10,573 nt of DNA, taken from assembly GCA_045613185.1 (NCBI GenBank), contig JAZLAL010000136.1, positions 1 to 10,573 on the forward strand, given 5' to 3'. This document shows, piece after piece, positions 6,484 through 10,573 of this stretch (the stretch's first letter is position 1; the number at the start of each line of letters is the position of its first letter). Origin of the DNA: Bacteroidales bacterium. Its GTDB lineage: Bacteria; Bacteroidota; Bacteroidia; Bacteroidales; F082. The notes under the pieces are model-generated. The model searched no databases. It saw only the letters and a program-made list of their open reading frames with translations, and was not told the origin of the DNA. Both the position numbers and the translations under genes were made by a program.

Positions 6484-6495
6484 AAATTAAGAATT

Positions 6496-7377
6496 ATGTT
6501 AAAAAACATTAAGAAATGGTTTGAGATTATCAGGGCAAAGACTTTGTTAGTCTCGATGGCTTCTGTCATCATGGCGATTGCATTGGCTTTTGAAAATGGC
6601 GGAAACAATTGGTTGCCAGCGATTTTATGTTTGTTATTCGCCATATTAGCGCAGGCGACATCGAATGTTGTAAACGATTACGCCGATTACAAAACTGGCT
6701 GCGACAACGAAAACAGTCTCGGTCCTGACAGAAAACTCGTCAGCGGCGAAGTTAGTATCAAAACCATAAAAAGAGCCATAATATTATTAGTCTCAATTTG
6801 TTTCTTAGTCGGATTTAGTTTGATTTATTGGGGCGGATGGATTTTATTGCCATTCGGCTTATTGATAATCGCCGTTGCATTTTGTTATTCATTAGGTCCT
6901 ATTCCATTATCATACAACGCATTAGGCGATATCGCAGTGATATTATTCTTCGGAATTGTTCCAATAACATTCACCTATTATATATTAACAAAAGAAATAA
7001 ACTGGGGAATAATCGCGGCTGGTTTTTCTATGGGACTCGTTGTAGATGAATTACTTATAGTCAACAACGTACGTGACGAGATTGAAGACAAACAATTTAA
7101 TAAAGTCACTACGGTAGGAATTTTCGGAAGCAGATTCATGAAAAAAGTATTTTTATTTAATCCTTTGATTGCTTGCGGATTAGGATTTTATTTCATGAGA
7201 GGCATCTGCGATTACAAAACATGGGCAATCGCGATAATACCAATGCTGATTTATTCAGTCAGCGTTTATATCAAATTGGAAAAATATAAAGGCAAGCAAC
7301 TCAATGCATTATTAGGTCAGGCATCGCTGGAAGCATTGATTTTCGCCTTGACGGTCGTTGCCGTTACATTATTATAA
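6496..7377 (+). CDS. menA: 1,4-dihydroxy-2-naphthoate polyprenyltransferase (UbiA superfamily, MenA)
   Basis: The UbiA-family aspartate-rich motif is NVVNDYADYKTGCD. The 293-aa protein is polytopic, with at least 8 hydrophobic helices. The adjacent menG supports a menaquinone locus. Confidence 0.88.
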   Translation: MLKNIKKWFEIIRAKTLLVSMASVIMAIALAFENGGNNWLPAILCLLFAILAQATSNVVNDYADYKTGCDNENSLGPDRKLVSGEVSIKTIKRAIILLVSICFLVGFSLIYWGGWILLPFGLLIIAVAFCYSLGPIPLSYNALGDIAVILFFGIVPITFTYYILTKEINWGIIAAGFSMGLVVDELLIVNNVRDEIEDKQFNKVTTVGIFGSRFMKKVFLFNPLIACGLGFYFMRGICDYKTWAIAIIPMLIYSVSVYIKLEKYKGKQLNALLGQASLEALIFALTVVAVTLL

Positions 7378-7977
7378 TCATTCGTAAATCTCGGATTCTT
7401 CGACGAGATTATTAAGCAAAGCATAAACAGTAAGACCGGAAACAGATTTGATTCCGGTTTTTTTGACGATATTTTTACGGTGTGTTATGACAGTATGAAC
7501 AGAGATATTAAGCATATCTGATATATCTTTGTTTGTCATACCTTTAGCCACGCAAACCAAGACATCGACCTCACGATTTGACAAGTCGACGCTTTCGTTT
7601 TGAGCAGAAGTCTCTTCGTTATTATTCTGAAGGTTAAGTATTTTATTGATAACCTTCTGCTTATTGTCGTTAAGTTCTATTACTTCCTTAAAATTCTTTA
7701 AGATATTTTTGTCAACGTAAGAAGTTACAAGAGCCACGCGATTTATGTTAGGATAATTTTGCGTCATCTGCTTAGCAAAAGCATTAACCATATAACCCAG
7801 CATCATCGGATTGATTATCAACACATCTGGACTATGCACGATTATTTTATCCTGCAAATCTTCAATATTATCAACGACTGACGCAACAACAATTTGATTC
7901 ATATCATTGAAAAATGAAGACAATCCGTTGCTTATTATCGGCGAGCTTTCTGCTATGATTATCTTTGTGATTTTCAT
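7378..7977 (-). CDS. LuxR/FixJ-family transcriptional regulator with atypical (pseudo-)receiver domain
   Basis: The C-terminal LuxR/GerE HTH is LSNREVDVLVCVAKGMTNKDISDMLNISVHTVITHRKNIV. The N-terminal region has a CheY-like fold, but the acidic pair is ES (IIIAESSPI) and the phospho-acceptor position in VLIINPMM is Asn instead of Asp. The ATG is at 7977. Its stop TGA (7378-7380) directly abuts the menA stop (7375-7377). Confidence 0.85.
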   Translation of the reverse strand: MKITKIIIAESSPIISNGLSSFFNDMNQIVVASVVDNIEDLQDKIIVHSPDVLIINPMMLGYMVNAFAKQMTQNYPNINRVALVTSYVDKNILKNFKEVIELNDNKQKVINKILNLQNNNEETSAQNESVDLSNREVDVLVCVAKGMTNKDISDMLNISVHTVITHRKNIVKKTGIKSVSGLTVYALLNNLVEESEIYE

Positions 7978-7981
7978 AACA

Positions 7982-8632
7982 TTAACCCTCCATCATTTCA
8001 ACAAATGGAACAAGCACGCGTTCTTCCACCAAAGTATGACAGCTCAGGTCGGAAGTCACTTCCATAATGTCGAGAGATATTTCAATTCTCTCTTTTGGGA
8101 AGATATTTGCAGGAAGATATTTGATAAGGATATTCATCAAATCGTTGAGTTTATCTTCGATATTACTATGATTTGACTCAAATTCACGTATTGAGAAATT
8201 AGAAGTCAAAGCATTATTGCACAACGACTTAATATAAGGGAATACTATTTCTTCTTCGTATTTAAAGTGACTTTCCACCTCGTCTTTATATTCATTGAAG
8301 AAGCGATTTATCGTGTTGCCGAATCTAGCAGGACAAGCCTCGACGATACGTTTGAGATGTGATTCGATGTGAGGCAATCTCTCTTCGAGGTAATACTTAT
8401 GAGATTCTGAAAGATAAGACAATATCGCATTTGCATCTACAGACTTGATATCATCTTTGGTAGGAATAAATTCCGGATTGGAGTATAAGTTACAGATTAA
8501 CAGAAAGAACGACGGCGACACTTTAGCTTTTTCGCATACCTCTTTGACATTTTGGTCGCCGAAGCCGAGTTCAATTCCAAATCGTGACAGTGTGAGCATC
8601 AGCGTTGGATTTGAAATCACCAACTCAGCCAT
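7982..8632 (-). CDS. ScdA_N-like plus hemerythrin-like (RIC/YtfE-related) putative di-iron protein
   Basis: The N-terminal MAELVISNPTLMLTLSRFGIELGFGDQNVKEVCEKAKVS resembles the ScdA_N/DUF542 fold, but the GFGD site corresponds to the usual CCGG. The C-terminal half has His/Glu spacing typical of hemerythrin-like proteins (ESHKYYLEERLPHIESHLKRI, ESHFKYEEEI, HSNIEDKLNDL). The start is ambiguous: ATG at 8632 (chosen), ATG at 8671, or TTG at 8695. It lies 4 nt upstream of the regulator gene, implying an operon. Confidence 0.5.
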   Translation of the reverse strand: MAELVISNPTLMLTLSRFGIELGFGDQNVKEVCEKAKVSPSFFLLICNLYSNPEFIPTKDDIKSVDANAILSYLSESHKYYLEERLPHIESHLKRIVEACPARFGNTINRFFNEYKDEVESHFKYEEEIVFPYIKSLCNNALTSNFSIREFESNHSNIEDKLNDLMNILIKYLPANIFPKERIEISLDIMEVTSDLSCHTLVEERVLVPFVEMMEG

Positions 8633-8680
8633 TTTAGTATTTTCAGTAAAAAACAAGTTTGTATAGTTCATAATGTATAA

Positions 8681-8740
8681 TAAAAAATGAGTCAATATTC
8701 TATAAGCTAACGAGTAATACTTATAGACTTATTGACTCAT
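8681..8740 (-). terminator. nested hairpin followed by a T-run on the - strand; probable tRNA-Thr terminator
   Basis: atgagtcaata (8687-8697) is the reverse complement of tattgactcat (8730-8740). The inner pair is tctataag (8699-8706) / cttataga (8720-8727), with a 13-nt loop. On the - strand it is followed by TTTTTATTAT (the + strand 8681-8686 is taaaaa). Confidence 0.55.
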
Positions 8741-8761
8741 AGTCTTATAGTCTTTATTTTG

Positions 8762-8834
<73 letters not shown>

Positions 8835-8843
8835 TTTTTTGAG

Positions 8844-8894
8844 CTAAGAACCTAGAACTCTGAACCAAGAACCAGTTCTTAGTTCTTCGTTCAG
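8844..8894. repeat. imperfect palindrome built from GAAC/GTTC repeats between glnS and tRNA-Thr
   Basis: ctaagaac (8844-8851) is the reverse complement of gttcttag (8875-8882). ctgaaccaagaac (8860-8872) pairs with gttcttcgttcag (8882-8894) with one mismatch. No canonical U-tract follows on the - strand. Confidence 0.4.
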
Positions 8895-8940
8895 GGTCCT
8901 TTGTTCAAGATGCAAAGATACGATTTTTTCTTTTCAGAAA

Positions 8941-10573
8941 TTACTTCTGAGGAAGTTGGAATGTATCTTTTAATGTGACTGTTCTGTTAAATACCAGATG
9001 TTCTGCTGTGCTTTCTTTATCTGCTGTGAAGTAACCTATTCTTTGGAATTGGAAGTGGTCGAGAGGTTTTGCGTCGGCGAGGAATTTCTCTACATAGCAT
9101 TCCTTTCTAATTTCCAATGAGTTAGGATTTATCACTTGTTTCATTGCTTCAAGAGCCGAGCATTGTTGCTCTTCTTGGATAGCAGCGATGGCTTCGCGAG
9201 GATTTTCACTCATCCACAATCTGTCGTACAATCTCACTTCAGCTTGGATGCAATGATCGCAGCTCACCCAGTGCAATGTGCCTTTAACCTTACGGTTTGC
9301 GCCTGCCATACCGCTCTTTGTTTCTGGATCATATTCTGCATGAACCTCAACGATATTGCCGTTTTCGTCTTTCTTGCAATCTTTACATTTCACGATGTAA
9401 GCATTTTTCAAACGTACTTCGTTGCCTGGTGTCATGCGGAAATATTTCTTAGGAGCGTCTTCCATGAAGTCTTCGCGTTCAATCCACAATTCGCGAGAGA
9501 ATGTGATGTTGTGTACGCCTGAGTTTTCATCTTCAGGATTATTGACAGCTTCCATTTCTTCTGACTGGCCTTCTGGATAGTTTGTGATGACGAGTTTCAC
9601 TGGATTGATGACAGCAGAAACGCGTGTTGCGCGAGCATTCAAGTCTTCACGAATTGTGCTTTCCATAAGTGCGAAGTCGTTGACAGCTTCGTATGTTGTG
9701 TAACCGATTTTGTCGATCAATTTATGAATTGACTCTGGAGTGTAGCCACGACGACGGAAACCGCAGATAGTAGGCATTCGAGGGTCATCCCAGCCATTGA
9801 CGAGACCTTCTTTCACGAGGATGAGGAGGTTACGCTTGCTCAACAATGTATAGTTGAAGTTCAATTTATTGAATTCATACTGACGTGGACGATGGTCGTC
9901 GAGGTCTTTTTGTTCTTTAAGTTCGTCGATGAAATAATCATATAAAGGACGGTGAACAACGAACTCGAGAGTACATAAAGAATGAGTAACGCCTTCGAAA
10001 TAATCGCTTTCGCCGTGAGCGAAGTCATACATAGGATAAGCATACCATGTATTTCCTGTGCGGTGATGAGGAGTTTTCACCACGCGATAGATGATAGGGT
10101 CGCGGAAGTGCATATTTGAATTTGCCATATCGATCTTAGCGCGAAGCACCATCTTGCCTTCTTCGATCTCGCCTCTGTTCATCTTTTGGAAAAGTTCCAA
10201 TGACTCTTCAACAGGACGATTGCGATAAGGACTTTCGATGCCAGGAACAGTAGGAGTTCCTTTTTGAGCAGCGATTTCTTCAGAACTTTGCTCATCGATA
10301 TAAGCCTTGCCTTCTTTTATGAGACGAATAGCGAAATCCCAAAGTTGTTGAAAATAATCAGAAGCATAATACTCATTAGCCCATTGGAAACCAAGCCATT
10401 GAATATCTTCTTTAATAGAATCTACATATTCAACGTCTTCTTTTGTTGGATTTGTATCATCGAAACGAAGGTTACAAACACCGTTATATTTCTTTGCAAT
10501 ACCGAAATCCAAGCAGATAGCCTTAGCGTGACCAATGTGAAGATAACCATTTGGTTCTGGAGGGAAACGTGTT
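8941..10573 (-). CDS. glnS: glutamine--tRNA ligase (GlnS), 5' end truncated by window edge
   Basis: The translation continues to the window end. Past the listed Met, the reverse complement of the last bases encodes TRFPPEPNGYLHIGHAKAICLDFGIAKKY, the class I HIGH motif. The protein has strong GlnS/GlxRS hallmarks throughout (VLRAKIDMANSNMHFRDPIIYR, the MSK-type region VKGTLHWVS). The stop TAA is at 8941-8943. Confidence 0.93.
   Translation of the reverse strand, partial: TRFPPEPNGYLHIGHAKAICLDFGIAKKYNGVCNLRFDDTNPTKEDVEYVDSIKEDIQWLGFQWANEYYASDYFQQLWDFAIRLIKEGKAYIDEQSSEEIAAQKGTPTVPGIESPYRNRPVEESLELFQKMNRGEIEEGKMVLRAKIDMANSNMHFRDPIIYRVVKTPHHRTGNTWYAYPMYDFAHGESDYFEGVTHSLCTLEFVVHRPLYDYFIDELKEQKDLDDHRPRQYEFNKLNFNYTLLSKRNLLILVKEGLVNGWDDPRMPTICGFRRRGYTPESIHKLIDKIGYTTYEAVNDFALMESTIREDLNARATRVSAVINPVKLVITNYPEGQSEEMEAVNNPEDENSGVHNITFSRELWIEREDFMEDAPKKYFRMTPGNEVRLKNAYIVKCKDCKKDENGNIVEVHAEYDPETKSGMAGANRKVKGTLHWVSCDHCIQAEVRLYDRLWMSENPREAIAAIQEEQQCSALEAMKQVINPNSLEIRKECYVEKFLADAKPLDHFQFQRIGYFTADKESTAEHLVFNRTVTLKDTFQLPQK

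Noticed and set aside
5761-7049. ORF 5761-6045 (-) inside menG and ORF 6828-7049 (+) inside menA.
   Set aside because: These are shadow ORFs within confidently assigned genes, with no motifs.
7907-8666. + strand ORFs 7907-8176 and 8445-8666.
   Set aside because: They are antisense to the LuxR regulator and hemerythrin-like genes, with no supporting features.
8835-8840. T-run (tttttt) immediately 5' of the tRNA on the + strand, as a possible + strand terminator.
   Set aside because: No + strand gene ends nearby; the nearest is menA at 7377. It precedes rather than follows the adjacent hairpin, so it is more likely part of the tRNA upstream/promoter context on the - strand.
9136-10043. ORFs 9136-9522 (+) and 9861-10043 (-) within glnS.
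   Set aside because: They are contained within the GlnS coding region (other frame or antisense). GlnS homology is strong along the whole length.

Overview
This reads as a Bacteroidota-like chromosomal segment, inferred from the menaquinone genes, AT-rich intergenic regions and a TAnnTTTG-type -7 box. It has two parts. Positions 1 to about 4460 form a very AT-rich block carrying two convergent modules that share a perfect palindromic terminator. Module (i) is a tightly packed + strand three-gene cassette: an SPFH/Band-7 (Band_7_1-like) protein with a Gly/Met-rich linker and C-terminal DUF4339/GYF-like domain, a small 4-TM membrane protein, and a zinc-ribbon/TPR-like protein with a conserved C-terminal Cys module. 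Module (ii) is a - strand HigB-like toxin gene overlapping a gene for a HigA-type HTH fused to an ImmA/IrrE (HEIGH) metallopeptidase. The rest of the window is GC-richer housekeeping DNA: rlmN, menG/ubiE, menA, tRNA-Thr(CGU) and a 5'-truncated glnS. These are interrupted by an operon of a hemerythrin/ScdA_N-like protein plus a LuxR-type regulator whose receiver has Asn at the phospho-acceptor position. Unexplained non-coding structure includes two tandem 80-bp repeats, each with a 14-bp inverted repeat, filling the menG-menA gap. There is also a long imperfect palindrome between rlmN and menG, and nested hairpins around the tRNA. The most interesting candidates for an undescribed system are the SPFH-TM-Zn-ribbon cassette and the HigB/HigA-ImmA pair in the low-GC block.
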